Below are positions 54,271-63,050 of a stretch of DNA of 64,000 nucleotides, piece by piece; within the stretch, counting starts at the first letter, position 1; each line of letters begins with the position of its first letter. The notes beneath the pieces are model-generated. The model saw only the letters and a program-made list of their open reading frames with translations. It was not told the origin of the DNA and did not search any database. The position numbers and the translations under genes were made by a program. The stretch is taken from the sequence record MK327937.1. One strand, given 5' to 3'. The DNA comes from Escherichia phage vB_EcoM_G10400.

Positions 54271-55047
54271 ATGGCAGTAACAGGACCGTGGGTAGGATCG
54301 TCTGCAGTAGTTAATACAGGACAAAATTGGATGGGTGGTGCCGCGCAGAGATTGAGAATGGGAATTCCGTTTTGGATGAGTAATATGATAGGTAGATCTG
54401 TTGAAATAATTCACACGCTTGGAGCAGACCATAACTTCAATGGTCAATGGTTCCGAGATAGATGTTTTGAGGCAGGTAGTGCACCTATAGTGTTTAATAT
54501 CACTGGAGATTTAGTATCATATTCTAAAGATGTTCCTTTATTCTTCATGTATGGAGATACACCGAATGAATATGTTCAGTTGAATATACACGGCGTAACG
54601 ATGTATGGACGTGGCGGTAATGGCGGTAGCAATAGTCCTGGTTCAGCTGGAGGTCATTGTATTCAAAACGATATTGGTGGGAGACTAAGAATTAATAATG
54701 GCGGAGCTATTGCTGGAGGTGGCGGCGGTGGCGGTGGCGGATATTATTCTCCTTTTTCACAAATGAGATTGACTTTTGGAGGTGGCGGCGGGCGTCCGTT
54801 TGGCGCACCGGGCGGATCTATTGATATGCAATCAGGAGCAACTGCTGGTACTATTTCTGCGCCTGGCGCAGGGTCTGTGAACGGTATCTATAGCGGCGGT
54901 GGCGGTGGCGAAGTTGGCTCCGCAGGAGGTAGATGTAATATTCGTGGTCAAGGATATGAATACGATGGCGGAGCTGCTGGTTATGCCGTCATAGGGTCTA
55001 CACCGACATGGCAAAACGTTGGAGCAATATATGGTCCAAGAGTATAA
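54271..55047 (+). CDS. 38: T2-type receptor-recognising adhesin gp38 with glycine-rich motifs
   Basis: 258 aa from ATG 54271 (ORF track starts at a TTG); multiple poly-Gly stretches ([28 protein letters not shown]) separated by variable segments. Confidence 0.8.
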   Translation: MAVTGPWVGSSAVVNTGQNWMGGAAQRLRMGIPFWMSNMIGRSVEIIHTLGADHNFNGQWFRDRCFEAGSAPIVFNITGDLVSYSKDVPLFFMYGDTPNEYVQLNIHGVTMYGRGGNGGSNSPGSAGGHCIQNDIGGRLRINNGGAIAGGGGGGGGGYYSPFSQMRLTFGGGGGRPFGAPGGSIDMQSGATAGTISAPGAGSVNGIYSGGGGGEVGSAGGRCNIRGQGYEYDGGAAGYAVIGSTPTWQNVGAIYGPRV

Positions 55048-55066
55048 TTTGATAAAAGGAGGGTCT

Positions 55067-55723
55067 ATGGCAGCACCTAGAATATCATTTTCGCCCTCTG
55101 ATATTCTGTTGGGTGTTCTAGATCGCTTGTTCAAAGATAACGCTACCGGGAAAGTTCTTGCTTCCCGGGTAGCTGTCGTAATTCTTTTATTTATGATGGC
55201 GATTGTTTGGTATAGGGGAGATAGTTTCTTTGAGTACTATAAGCAATCAAAGTATGAAACATACAGTGAAATTATTGAAAAGGAAAGAAATGCACGCTTT
55301 GAATCTGTCGCCCTGGAACAACTCCAGATAGTTCATATATCATCTGAGGCAGACTTTAGTGCGGTGTATTCTTTCCGCCCTAAAAACTTAAACTATTTTG
55401 TTGATATTATAGCATACGAAGGAAAATTACCTTCAACAATAAGTGAAAAATCACTTGGAGGATATCCTGTTGATAAAACTATGGATGAATATACAGTTCA
55501 TTTAAATGGACGTCATTATTATTCCAATTCAAAATTTGCTTTTTTACCAACTAAAAAGCCTACTCCCGAAATAAACTACATGTACAGTTGTCCATATTTC
55601 AATTTGGATAATATCTATGCTGGAACAATAACCATGTACTGGTATAGAAATGATCATATAAGTAATGACCGCCTTGAATCAATATGTGCTCAGGCGGCCA
55701 GAATATTAGGAAGGGCTAAATAA
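55067..55723 (+). CDS. t: Holin T
   Basis: 218 aa from MAAPRISFSPSDIL with AAAGGAGGG SD; single TM segment then periplasmic domain; matches T4 holin. Confidence 0.9.
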   Translation: MAAPRISFSPSDILLGVLDRLFKDNATGKVLASRVAVVILLFMMAIVWYRGDSFFEYYKQSKYETYSEIIEKERNARFESVALEQLQIVHISSEADFSAVYSFRPKNLNYFVDIIAYEGKLPSTISEKSLGGYPVDKTMDEYTVHLNGRHYYSNSKFAFLPTKKPTPEINYMYSCPYFNLDNIYAGTITMYWYRNDHISNDRLESICAQAARILGRAK

Positions 55724-55996
55724 TTATTTGTTCGTATACATCTCTAGATATCGATATACACCCTCAAAACCCTCGTTGAATTCGTCGATGAGGGTTTTCT
55801 TATCTTCTTGAGTTAATTCAGAAACAATTTTACGGAATGAATTCTGATTTAATTTTCTACCTTCATGCGTTACTCCAATCTCATTCAGAAATGCAATAAA
55901 ATTAGCACGATTTTCAACAATATCTTCTCTGGAAAATTTAATCAAAATAGACGCAACAGTAATAATTTCACGAACTGTATCAATGTTTTTATTCAT
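55724..55996 (-). CDS. asiA: Anti-sigma-70 factor AsiA
   Basis: 90 aa; MNKNIDTVREIITVASILIKFSREDIVENRANFIAFLNEIG matches T4 AsiA as I recall it. Confidence 0.9.
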   Translation of the reverse strand: MNKNIDTVREIITVASILIKFSREDIVENRANFIAFLNEIGVTHEGRKLNQNSFRKIVSELTQEDKKTLIDEFNEGFEGVYRYLEMYTNK

Positions 55997-56008
55997 TAAC
56001 TATACCAC

Positions 56009-56161
56009 TCAATTAGTTGACTTTGTTATAATATCATCAGACGTTTGATTTGTAAACTGGTCTGTGTTATTTTCTTCAAAAATTTTTTCTACGAATTCTT
56101 TGAACGACTCACGTTCCTGAGCTACATTATGCTCGATTACCATTTCAAGATTATGACTCAT
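56009..56161 (-). CDS. Unlisted 50-aa acidic ORF (asiA.1-like)
   Basis: ATG overlaps stop of upstream gene (ATGA); MSHNLEMVIEHNVAQERESF...; below ORF-track cutoff. Confidence 0.4.
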   Translation of the reverse strand: MSHNLEMVIEHNVAQERESFKEFVEKIFEENNTDQFTNQTSDDIITKSTN

Positions 56162-56436
56162 TCGAAATAATCTTCAATTTCGTAATCATGGACATAAATC
56201 ATTATAGTTTTTAATACATCATCGATACTTTTTCCCGGAGCTGGAATTACGTAAAAATATCCTGCTTTTGAGAGGTCTTTATAAGTTCCAACCAAGAAAT
56301 CATTATTCTCAAGATGCAGTTCTTCAACTAATTCATTAACAATTGAACGGTATAAATTTGGTAAAAACTTATATAGCTTTTCTAGAATATCAATTTTGAT
56401 TGTATATTGAACCACGGACTGAGAATCAATAATCAT
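56158..56436 (-). CDS. arn: Probable anti-restriction nuclease Arn (acidic DNA-mimic-like protein)
   Basis: 92 aa, net acidic, located between asiA and motA as arn is in T4; assignment by size and synteny only. Confidence 0.5.
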   Translation of the reverse strand: MIIDSQSVVQYTIKIDILEKLYKFLPNLYRSIVNELVEELHLENNDFLVGTYKDLSKAGYFYVIPAPGKSIDDVLKTIMIYVHDYEIEDYFE

Positions 56437-56519
56437 AGACCTTCCCCTTATGTTTCTGTTTGCGATTAGATTCTTTAAACGCTTTCTTCTTATCCTTATG
56501 AACAGAAGCTTTATTAAAA

Positions 56520-56738
56520 TTATGTTTTGCGACTAAATTGTTCATAGTGCTGAATTACCTCTCTTAAACATTTGCATGTGAATGAAAACTTTTTAGCTAC
56601 ACCACATTCAAATATATGTTCTCTTAAATCGCGTGTATCGGTATATCCCATCTCAACAATAAAATGCCGTATTAGATTTTTATCTTTATCATTGAGAGAA
56701 TTAAAATAATCAGATTTTGAATTAATTTCCCTGGCCAA
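56520..56738 (-). CDS. Hypothetical protein with Cys pairs
   Basis: 72-aa ORF. Confidence 0.45.
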   Translation of the reverse strand: MAREINSKSDYFNSLNDKDKNLIRHFIVEMGYTDTRDLREHIFECGVAKKFSFTCKCLREVIQHYEQFSRKT

Positions 56739-57018
56739 ATTGAATCACCTTCAGTTGACGTTTTAATTCTTTTATCATTTCTTCGTTCATCGCAATATAA
56801 AGATCGCGTAAAGCAGGTTTTAGCATTCCATTTACCGGAGAACTAAATGGGCATACATAATCTTTTCCTACGAGCTTTTTAGTGAATTCCATATCACAGA
56901 ACTTAAATCCCGGCTCATTGGTATAAATTCCCCAATTAGTTGACATCATTTTATTGGCATATTCTAGTGCCTGGATTTGATTCATAATTCCATCAATTTG
57001 AAACTTTTTAATATTCAT
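56722..57018 (-). CDS. Hypothetical protein
   Basis: 98-aa ORF. Confidence 0.45.
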   Translation of the reverse strand: MNIKKFQIDGIMNQIQALEYANKMMSTNWGIYTNEPGFKFCDMEFTKKLVGKDYVCPFSSPVNGMLKPALRDLYIAMNEEMIKELKRQLKVIQFGQGN

Positions 57019-57479
57019 TAGTAAAGGTCCTCAGAGTAAAGTTCTTTTTCACTACCACCACGTTCAATACGTACTTGTCCGGCATAAGTTGCAATAATCA
57101 TTGCTTCTTCACGTGTCCAATAATTACTATATTGGTCAATAAATCCTTGGTCATCATCACAAACTTGCTGAGTAACTAATTGAGGTTTAACTACATCTAA
57201 AACTTCTGCCATATCTTTAGAATAATGACGAGCACCTGGAATAATAAGAGTTCGTCCATCTTTTAATTTAAAGCGATTTGCTGCACAGACAATTCGTCGT
57301 TGATACTTTTGGTTTTCATCCCAATATGCAGTCTGCCAACAGATTTCAGGAACTTCTTTCAGAATATCTTCTTCTGTGCATTTATAACCATGCGCTTTAA
57401 ATTTTTGAACAAGACTCTCCGGAGTCTCACGAGATAAAGGAACATTCAGCATTTTTAAACGATTGATAAATGGGTTCAT
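57018..57479 (-). CDS. Hypothetical protein
   Basis: 153-aa ORF. Confidence 0.5.
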   Translation of the reverse strand: MNPFINRLKMLNVPLSRETPESLVQKFKAHGYKCTEEDILKEVPEICWQTAYWDENQKYQRRIVCAANRFKLKDGRTLIIPGARHYSKDMAEVLDVVKPQLVTQQVCDDDQGFIDQYSNYWTREEAMIIATYAGQVRIERGGSEKELYSEDLY

Positions 57480-57805
57480 TTAAACCATCCTTTAATACGC
57501 TGCCACAAAGTTTTCTGTTGAGCTTTGTTAACACCAATTGAGCGAATAACTGGTTGAGATTCCTGGAATTCTTTATAATCAGCAAGGTAAATTTCGTAAG
57601 CTGCATCCGTAAATGAACTTATCGCTGCCATAAAATTATTGCGAATACCTACTGGAGCATCTTTACTTTCACGAATAATCATGTATTTACCAGTCTTAAT
57701 CTTTACGATAGTTCCAAGATAAGCTCCATGATACCAGATGTCCCACCCCTCTTGAGTGGGTTCTGCACAACGACGAAGTTCATTGACAATTTCTAACTTG
57801 TTCAT
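57476..57805 (-). CDS. Hypothetical protein (motA.1-like)
   Basis: 109-aa ORF. Confidence 0.5.
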   Translation of the reverse strand: MNKLEIVNELRRCAEPTQEGWDIWYHGAYLGTIVKIKTGKYMIIRESKDAPVGIRNNFMAAISSFTDAAYEIYLADYKEFQESQPVIRSIGVNKAQQKTLWQRIKGWFK

Positions 57806-57815
57806 TATTTATTCC

Positions 57816-58451
57816 TCACAGTTCAGATGCTACAGTGATTACAGCTTCAATGTTTTCTGCCGAGCGTTTAATGTCAAGATACACATTACCGTTTTTAGCG
57901 ATTTTACATGACATTCCGATATCAGTAAATTTCTGAATATGATGTTCCATCATTTTGTATCCAAAAATTCGCATATTTCCATTGTTGTTAATTTCAAAAT
58001 TACGAATTCCGTGAGTGCGTTTTTCTAAAATAGCGAGATAATTACTACGATAAGTTTCAACCTTTTTAAGAACAAATCCATTTTCATCTAAAAGTTTTAA
58101 CATGAGGTCTTTATCTTCTTCCATATCGGAAGTAATCTCGCGAGCTTTACGAGTTGCTCGTTTTTTCAGCAGTTCCGGAGCATTTTCCTGTGCATATAAA
58201 GTTGCTGCATTTGAAATAATATCCTGAGCTTCACCAGTAATGATTAATCCATCACCAGATTTCTCCACCAGGCCTTTTTTAATCAATACCCCAATATTAC
58301 TATTAACTACTGCGTTACCTAAATCTGGATGCACCTCACGAACTTCTGCAGCTGTAATGAAATCTTTCTTAGCAATGGTAATTAAAATCGCAGCAGTTTT
58401 TTCATTCAGAACATCGTTAGAAGCTTTGATGATGTAAGTTACTTTAGACAT
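57816..58451 (-). CDS. motA: Middle-transcription activator MotA
   Basis: 211 aa; MSKVTYIIKASNDVLNEKTAAILITIAKKDFITAAEVREVHPDLGNAV matches T4 MotA as I recall it. Confidence 0.9.
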   Translation of the reverse strand: MSKVTYIIKASNDVLNEKTAAILITIAKKDFITAAEVREVHPDLGNAVVNSNIGVLIKKGLVEKSGDGLIITGEAQDIISNAATLYAQENAPELLKKRATRKAREITSDMEEDKDLMLKLLDENGFVLKKVETYRSNYLAILEKRTHGIRNFEINNNGNMRIFGYKMMEHHIQKFTDIGMSCKIAKNGNVYLDIKRSAENIEAVITVASEL

Positions 58452-58492
58452 TTTCTAATCTCCGTAATTCTGTATCAGTAGTTGATAGTTGT

Positions 58493-58522
58493 ATAGTACC
58501 ACAGTATGCTTTGGTTGTAAAC
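58493..58522 (-). promoter_or_regulatory. Candidate early promoter for motA (GTTTAC, 18-nt spacer, TACTAT)
   Basis: Minus-strand GTTTAC 58517-58522, TACTAT 58493-58498; motA SD GGAG and ATG follow. Confidence 0.5.
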
Positions 58523-58552
58523 CGTTTTGTGAAAAAATTTTAAAATAAAAAA

Positions 58553-58570
58553 GGAGAGCCGAGGCTCTCC
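58553..58570 (-). terminator. Intrinsic terminator downstream of gene 52 operon
   Basis: GGAGAGCC / GGCTCTCC inverted repeat followed on minus strand by U-run. Confidence 0.55.
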
Positions 58571-58576
58571 CTAAAA

Positions 58577-58726
58577 TTACTGCATGACAGTTATCACAGT
58601 CATGATAACACGTTGAATTCCGAACGCAAGAAGACCTCCTGCTACGGCTGGAACAACACCTAAACCCGCCAGTAAAATGCTACCAGATACTAATGCAGCG
58701 CTTGTAATACCTATGAATGGACTCAT
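58577..58726 (-). CDS. Unlisted 49-aa hydrophobic membrane peptide (52.1-like)
   Basis: ATG overlaps gene 52 stop (ATGA); MSPFIGITSAALVSGSILLAGLGVVPAVAGGLLAFG...; two predicted TM helices. Confidence 0.45.
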   Translation of the reverse strand: MSPFIGITSAALVSGSILLAGLGVVPAVAGGLLAFGIQRVIMTVITVMQ

Positions 58727-60051
58727 TTGATTTCCTCTAAATCTTTGGTGTATTCTGTAACTACATCAGTAGTTTTCCAATATTCGTTTTCTTCTTTTTT
58801 AGCTTTAGCTTCTTCAGCAAGTTTCTTCGCTTCATCGGAAGTCATATGAAAAATATTCATTCCAACTAGTTTATCAACATAAGAAGAATACATATCGATT
58901 TTCGAAAGTTCTTCGGTCAGTTCTTTACGAGTTTTACCCTGTACAACAATTTCACCTGAAATTACTTTCTTAATGAAATGTGCCTTGGCAAAGGCTAAAC
59001 GAAATGCTGATTCAGTTTCTTTAATTTTGTTATCAATTCGTTTTTGGACATAAGTTTTACGAACTTCAACGAAGTCTTTAATTAAATCGACTACGTTATC
59101 GTAAACTTGTAGTTTTCCTTTCTCATTAATAACCGTAATATTCTGAGAACGACGCTCAATCAACCCGAAGTCTTTCATAATTTTTGCATGGCGTTCTTCT
59201 TCGTTATTGCTCAAAGAGTATTCTTTGCGGAATTTAACTTTGAAGCCAAAACCATGCTCACCGCAAGCATCATCCCATGTAATGAAGCCTTTATCTTCAA
59301 GTGGGTCTAAGATTTTACTCACATAAGTTTCACGATCATACTTATATGGAATCTCAGTGATATGCATTTGAGTTCGTGAAGTAAACTTATATGTTCCACG
59401 AATTTCATACTGCCCATCAATTTCAACAACTTCACCACGAAATTCTGGGAATTCTACCTTCGGTTTAGTTACTTTCTTTCCTTGAAGAGCTTGCAGTACA
59501 GCTTTCTTAACAGAAGAAACACTATGAGGAAGAATGTAAGTTGCATAACCAGTTGCAATACCGGAAACGCCATTAAGAAGAACAGTAGGAATAATAGGCA
59601 AATAGAAAGCAGGCGGAATGTGTTCTTTATCTTGATGTACCGGAGCATATTCAGTATCTTTATATACGTTATAGAAATTTTTACTTACACGAGCAAAAAT
59701 ATAACGACTTGCCGCTGCCTTTTGGACAGTACGAGAACCGAAGTTTCCTTGGCCATCTAACAAAGGAAAGTTATTATTCCAAGTGTTAGCCATCAAAGCA
59801 CCTGCGTCTTGTGCAGAGTTTTCGCCATGGTGATATCCAAGGTCCGCTACACCACCTGCAATAGAAGCGAGTTTGTGAAACTTATCTTTATTTCCTCGTG
59901 CCAAATCAAGAGCTCGAGCAATAACAAATCGTTGAACTGGCTTAAATCCATCAATCATATTTGGGATAGCACGATTTTCAACCGTGTACATAGCATAAGC
60001 CAATGCTTCATTATCAATGATACTTTTTAAATCGCGATTATTCAGTTGCAT
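58723..60051 (-). CDS. 52: DNA topoisomerase II medium subunit gp52
   Basis: 442 aa; GyrA/ParC-like N-terminal breakage-reunion domain (AMYTVENRAIP..., active-site Tyr region). Confidence 0.9.
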   Translation of the reverse strand: MQLNNRDLKSIIDNEALAYAMYTVENRAIPNMIDGFKPVQRFVIARALDLARGNKDKFHKLASIAGGVADLGYHHGENSAQDAGALMANTWNNNFPLLDGQGNFGSRTVQKAAASRYIFARVSKNFYNVYKDTEYAPVHQDKEHIPPAFYLPIIPTVLLNGVSGIATGYATYILPHSVSSVKKAVLQALQGKKVTKPKVEFPEFRGEVVEIDGQYEIRGTYKFTSRTQMHITEIPYKYDRETYVSKILDPLEDKGFITWDDACGEHGFGFKVKFRKEYSLSNNEEERHAKIMKDFGLIERRSQNITVINEKGKLQVYDNVVDLIKDFVEVRKTYVQKRIDNKIKETESAFRLAFAKAHFIKKVISGEIVVQGKTRKELTEELSKIDMYSSYVDKLVGMNIFHMTSDEAKKLAEEAKAKKEENEYWKTTDVVTEYTKDLEEIK

Positions 60052-60055
60052 AAAT

Positions 60056-60196
60056 TTACCATACTAGTGAATGTAGTGCCATAATAACATCAGAAATGAA
60101 AAGCACGACTTGAATTAATCCGAACATTACTCCATAATATAGTGCTACTAATAAAGTAGCAAGGGCTAATGAATAGCCCAAGATTTTCTTAATCAT
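60056..60196 (-). CDS. Unlisted 46-aa hydrophobic peptide upstream of gene 52
   Basis: MIKKILGYSLALATLLVALYYGVMFGLIQVVLF...; overlaps the next upstream small ORF by 8 nt. Confidence 0.4.
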   Translation of the reverse strand: MIKKILGYSLALATLLVALYYGVMFGLIQVVLFISDVIMALHSLVW

Positions 60197-60347
60197 TAGT
60201 AGATAACAACACAAATGTTAAATATGCACACATACCCTGAGCTAAAGCTTGTGAAAACACGCTGCTGGCATCAATACAGATAGTTAAAACACATGCTACT
60301 ATCCAACAAATAAATGAAATAACTCCTAATAATTTTGCAATATTCAT
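60189..60347 (-). CDS. Unlisted 52-aa membrane peptide (possibly ac, acridine sensitivity locus)
   Basis: GAGGA SD then MNIAKLLGVISFICWIVACVLTIC...; lies between stp and 52 where T4 ac maps; assignment tentative. Confidence 0.4.
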   Translation of the reverse strand: MNIAKLLGVISFICWIVACVLTICIDASSVFSQALAQGMCAYLTFVLLSTND

Positions 60348-60354
60348 ATTTTCC

Positions 60355-60435
60355 TCACTGGCGTCCGAAGACGCCTTTAGTTTTAAGATTATTACGATAG
60401 AACTGCATCACGTGTTCGTTGTGGAAATTACTCAT
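60355..60435 (-). CDS. stp: Stp peptide (26 aa), activator of the host PrrC anticodon nuclease
   Basis: Translates exactly to [26 protein letters not shown]; start ATG shares a base with ndd stop (TAATG). Confidence 0.85.
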
Positions 60436-60893
60436 TAATATGCCTGCAAAACGAATTTAAAATTATCAGCCAACATACGGTTCATTTCTTCAAGTGTTTG
60501 ATACTCAGAATGATGATTACGAGTAAACGCTAAAGCTAACTGTCCTTTTCCAAATCCCGTCGTCAGAGGTTTCATCTTAGAAGCAGGCAGATAAAATACT
60601 GTGTATGGAACATTGTTATTTGCAATAGTACGTGCAAGCTGAGACCGACGTTGACGAATATGACTTAGAACTGCACTGAATCCTTGCTTAGAACGCTGAT
60701 TACCTACATAAAATCGTGCTGACACACATGGATTACTAAATGGACGACCATCTAATTTACTTACTAAAAAGTAAAATCCAGGTTTAGATAAAATATCTTT
60801 ATGCGGGGTTCCCAAAAACCATTCACCACCCTTGATTGTACCAATAACAGTAGCGCCTGCGTTGTTCAGATCAGTAACAGTCATGTATTTCAT
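60435..60893 (-). CDS. ndd: Nucleoid disruption protein Ndd
   Basis: About 151 aa from [18 protein letters not shown]; matches my recall of T4 Ndd; ORF-track start 60947 is an extension. Confidence 0.8.
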
Positions 60894-60951
60894 ATTAATT
60901 TCCTCTAAATTATTTTCTACTCCATGGCCGCATGAATACACGGCCATTAAA

Positions 60952-61167
60952 TTAATCGTCGCAGTCGACGCTCAATTCCCAAAACTCTTCTACGGTATAA
61001 GTTTCAGTATCATTTTCAATACAGAAACGTTCATTACTGTTATTTACTAAAGTAGCGTTAACTGTCATTTTCTCGCTGGTGCTCTTAAGAGGCGAAATAC
61101 GAATTAACTGATCACCGTTATCTAAACAGAAAATTTCGCCAACTTTTACATCTTTAAAACTTTTCAT
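60952..61167 (-). CDS. Hypothetical protein (ndd.1-like)
   Basis: 71-aa ORF. Confidence 0.5.
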   Translation of the reverse strand: MKSFKDVKVGEIFCLDNGDQLIRISPLKSTSEKMTVNATLVNNSNERFCIENDTETYTVEEFWELSVDCDD

Positions 61168-61282
61168 AATTCACCTCAAGGAGTATAAAATCCAAACGCA
61201 GTTGTTGACCATCCCATCCAATATGGAAAATTTGCACCAATGTAAAACATAAGAATATAAAACCAACCGCTCAGCAAATTCA

Positions 61283-61501
61283 TCATTTTACACCATTCCA
61301 AATTGTTTCAACCACGGATTTTAAACCATTTTGATGAATATCCATTCCGACTACTGCCATCAAATAGATTCCAACTACAACTGAACCTAAGGCAAAAATC
61401 AGCATGAAAATGAATAAAGCCGGAAAAATATTATCGAAAAACCATTCAATAAATGTAAAAGCACTGCGTTTACGCTTCATATTTTCCTCACATAAATCCA
61501 A
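61283..61501 (-). CDS. Small membrane protein, hypothetical
   Basis: Hydrophobic core FPALFIFMLIFALGSVVVGIYLMAVVG; start uncertain. Confidence 0.45.
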   Translation of the reverse strand: MDLCEENMKRKRSAFTFIEWFFDNIFPALFIFMLIFALGSVVVGIYLMAVVGMDIHQNGLKSVVETIWNGVK

Positions 61502-61601
61502 AGTAAACGTTTAATACATCAATCATTAAAACGATTGGGAATATACTCAAAACTATTAGTATTATAACTACATTCCATATAGCTTTAACAATCTTTTTCA
61601 T
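61488..61601 (-). CDS. Small membrane peptide (37 aa), hypothetical
   Basis: GGAGG SD then MKKIVKAIWNVVIILIVLSIFPIVLMIDVL; ORF-track longer version would include promoter. Confidence 0.45.
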   Translation of the reverse strand: MKKIVKAIWNVVIILIVLSIFPIVLMIDVLNVYFGFM

Positions 61602-61629
61602 TTTCTGTTCCTCCGTAGTTGATAGGGTA

Positions 61630-61659
61630 ATAGTACCACGGAAGAACAGTCTTGTAAAC
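61630..61659 (-). promoter_or_regulatory. Candidate early promoter (GTTTAC, 18-nt spacer, TACTAT)
   Basis: Minus-strand GTTTAC 61654-61659 and TACTAT 61630-61635. Confidence 0.45.
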
Positions 61660-61843
61660 AACTTTTTAAAAATATTCGTAATAAATGTGAATACCAACTA
61701 CTACCGCTGAAACTTGCACAACCCACCACGCACAAGCAATAAGTACAGAATTCAAAATTTTCATAATAACCTCATTACAAAAGTAAATGTTAAACAAATT
61801 ACTGGAATACTAATTAACCAAACAAAACACCACCACAGTGAAC

Positions 61844-62107
61844 TCATAGTTCAATCTCAGCGATTTTCATTTCATTATTGTTAATAGCATTTTTAAGACT
61901 ATCCGAAAGAATTACATTCCAGTGGTCATTCATATGACCATTAACTAAGCGTGTAATTTCTTCGGGAGTTGAAAAATAAGGCGTATCAGACTCCCAATGC
62001 GATAATCCTAAGCGAGTATAAATCATACCTTCATCATCGCTAGAATATTCAACTGACACAAACTCATCAGTTATTTTATGCTTAGCATAATAAAATTTAA
62101 ATTTCAT
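61844..62107 (-). CDS. Hypothetical protein (87 aa)
   Basis: GGAGAG SD then MKFKFYYAKHKITDEF...; ORF-track start 62206 would include promoter. Confidence 0.5.
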   Translation of the reverse strand: MKFKFYYAKHKITDEFVSVEYSSDDEGMIYTRLGLSHWESDTPYFSTPEEITRLVNGHMNDHWNVILSDSLKNAINNNEMKIAEIEL

Positions 62108-62141
62108 TTTACTCTCCAAATCAGTATCAGTTGATAGTTGT

Positions 62142-62171
62142 ATAGTACCACGGTCCTTGTGGTATGTAAAC
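62142..62171 (-). promoter_or_regulatory. Candidate early promoter (GTTTAC, 18-nt spacer, TACTAT)
   Basis: Minus-strand GTTTAC 62166-62171 and TACTAT 62142-62147. Confidence 0.5.
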
Positions 62172-62187
62172 TGTTTTGTGAAATTTT

Positions 62188-62745
62188 TTAAATGGAAAGA
62201 TACCATCCGTTGTAGTTGCTTTTTCTTACAACCTTACGAAGGTCTTCTCTGTCACCGATGAACTTCGGAGTGTACTGGATGACACCTGGATGAATTTCTT
62301 TAGTGTTGAATATAATTATACAGTCAGCGACTTGATGATTTAGAATGGGCCCTAGATTTATTCCAGAACCGTATGGATACTCTCCGCTGCATCCTGTTGT
62401 TACAGAAATCCAACGTGAGTCAGTTTGATGTGTCTTAACTTCTACACGAAGCCCGCAGTATTTTGGATGCGCCAATACATCCCATGCATATGTGTACGGA
62501 TCATCGACATCTTCTTGGCCTTTATTGACATATCCGCTTAGCCAATCTGCCACAAAAAACTCTGCGTACACAGCGATACGGCATCTTTCGATAACTTCTG
62601 CCTTATCCTGATTTGGGTTTTGTTTTAAAGAGTATCTTGCAGTATCAGCAATTTTGACCTTCATTTCATTGGTTAAATCGCTGTTCGATAGAGTAAATGT
62701 CGGAATCTGAAATAGTCTCTGTAACCCAGGATTCGTTTTCTGCAT
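62188..62745 (-). CDS. denB: Endonuclease IV (dC-specific ssDNA endonuclease)
   Basis: 185 aa; synteny adjacent to rIIB; matches T4 denB length. Confidence 0.8.
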   Translation of the reverse strand: MQKTNPGLQRLFQIPTFTLSNSDLTNEMKVKIADTARYSLKQNPNQDKAEVIERCRIAVYAEFFVADWLSGYVNKGQEDVDDPYTYAWDVLAHPKYCGLRVEVKTHQTDSRWISVTTGCSGEYPYGSGINLGPILNHQVADCIIIFNTKEIHPGVIQYTPKFIGDREDLRKVVRKSNYNGWYLSI

Positions 62746-62810
62746 TTAAACTTTCCTTTATGTCGGAATCACTGATATTCATATAAATCATAATTTCTCT
62801 TAAAACAAAA

Positions 62811-62822
62811 GGGCCGAAGCCC
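62811..62822. terminator. GGGC-CGAA-GCCC hairpin with flanking T/A runs
   Basis: Tetraloop hairpin between denB and upstream small ORF. Confidence 0.5.
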
Positions 62823-62827
62823 TTATT

Positions 62828-63022
62828 TTATTTGAATTGTGCAATTCTTTTCTCTAAACAGTCAGCATAAGATTTCATTGAGATAAACTGCGAAAGTAAT
62901 AGTTCTTGCTCAACTGCGTTAACTGTTAGAAATTTTGCGCTTTCTAAAAATTTACTCAGTGCATTAATTTTGAGCATTAATTGATCGTATTCTTCTTTTA
63001 CTCGTGCTTGATAACCTAACAT
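62828..63022 (-). CDS. Hypothetical protein (denB.1-like)
   Basis: 64-aa ORF. Confidence 0.5.
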   Translation of the reverse strand: MLGYQARVKEEYDQLMLKINALSKFLESAKFLTVNAVEQELLLSQFISMKSYADCLEKRIAQFK

Positions 63023-63038
63023 AATTTTCCTTAGTTAA

Positions 63039-63050
63039 GGGCCGAAGCCC
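63039..63050 (-). terminator. GGGC-CGAA-GCCC hairpin immediately after rIIB stop
   Basis: Same hairpin sequence as at 62811-62822. Confidence 0.5.

Noticed and set aside
54700-54920. GGN-rich tracts in gene 38 as low-complexity sequencing error or CRISPR-like repeat
   Set aside because: They encode in-frame poly-glycine motifs characteristic of T2-type adhesins; no repeat-spacer periodicity.
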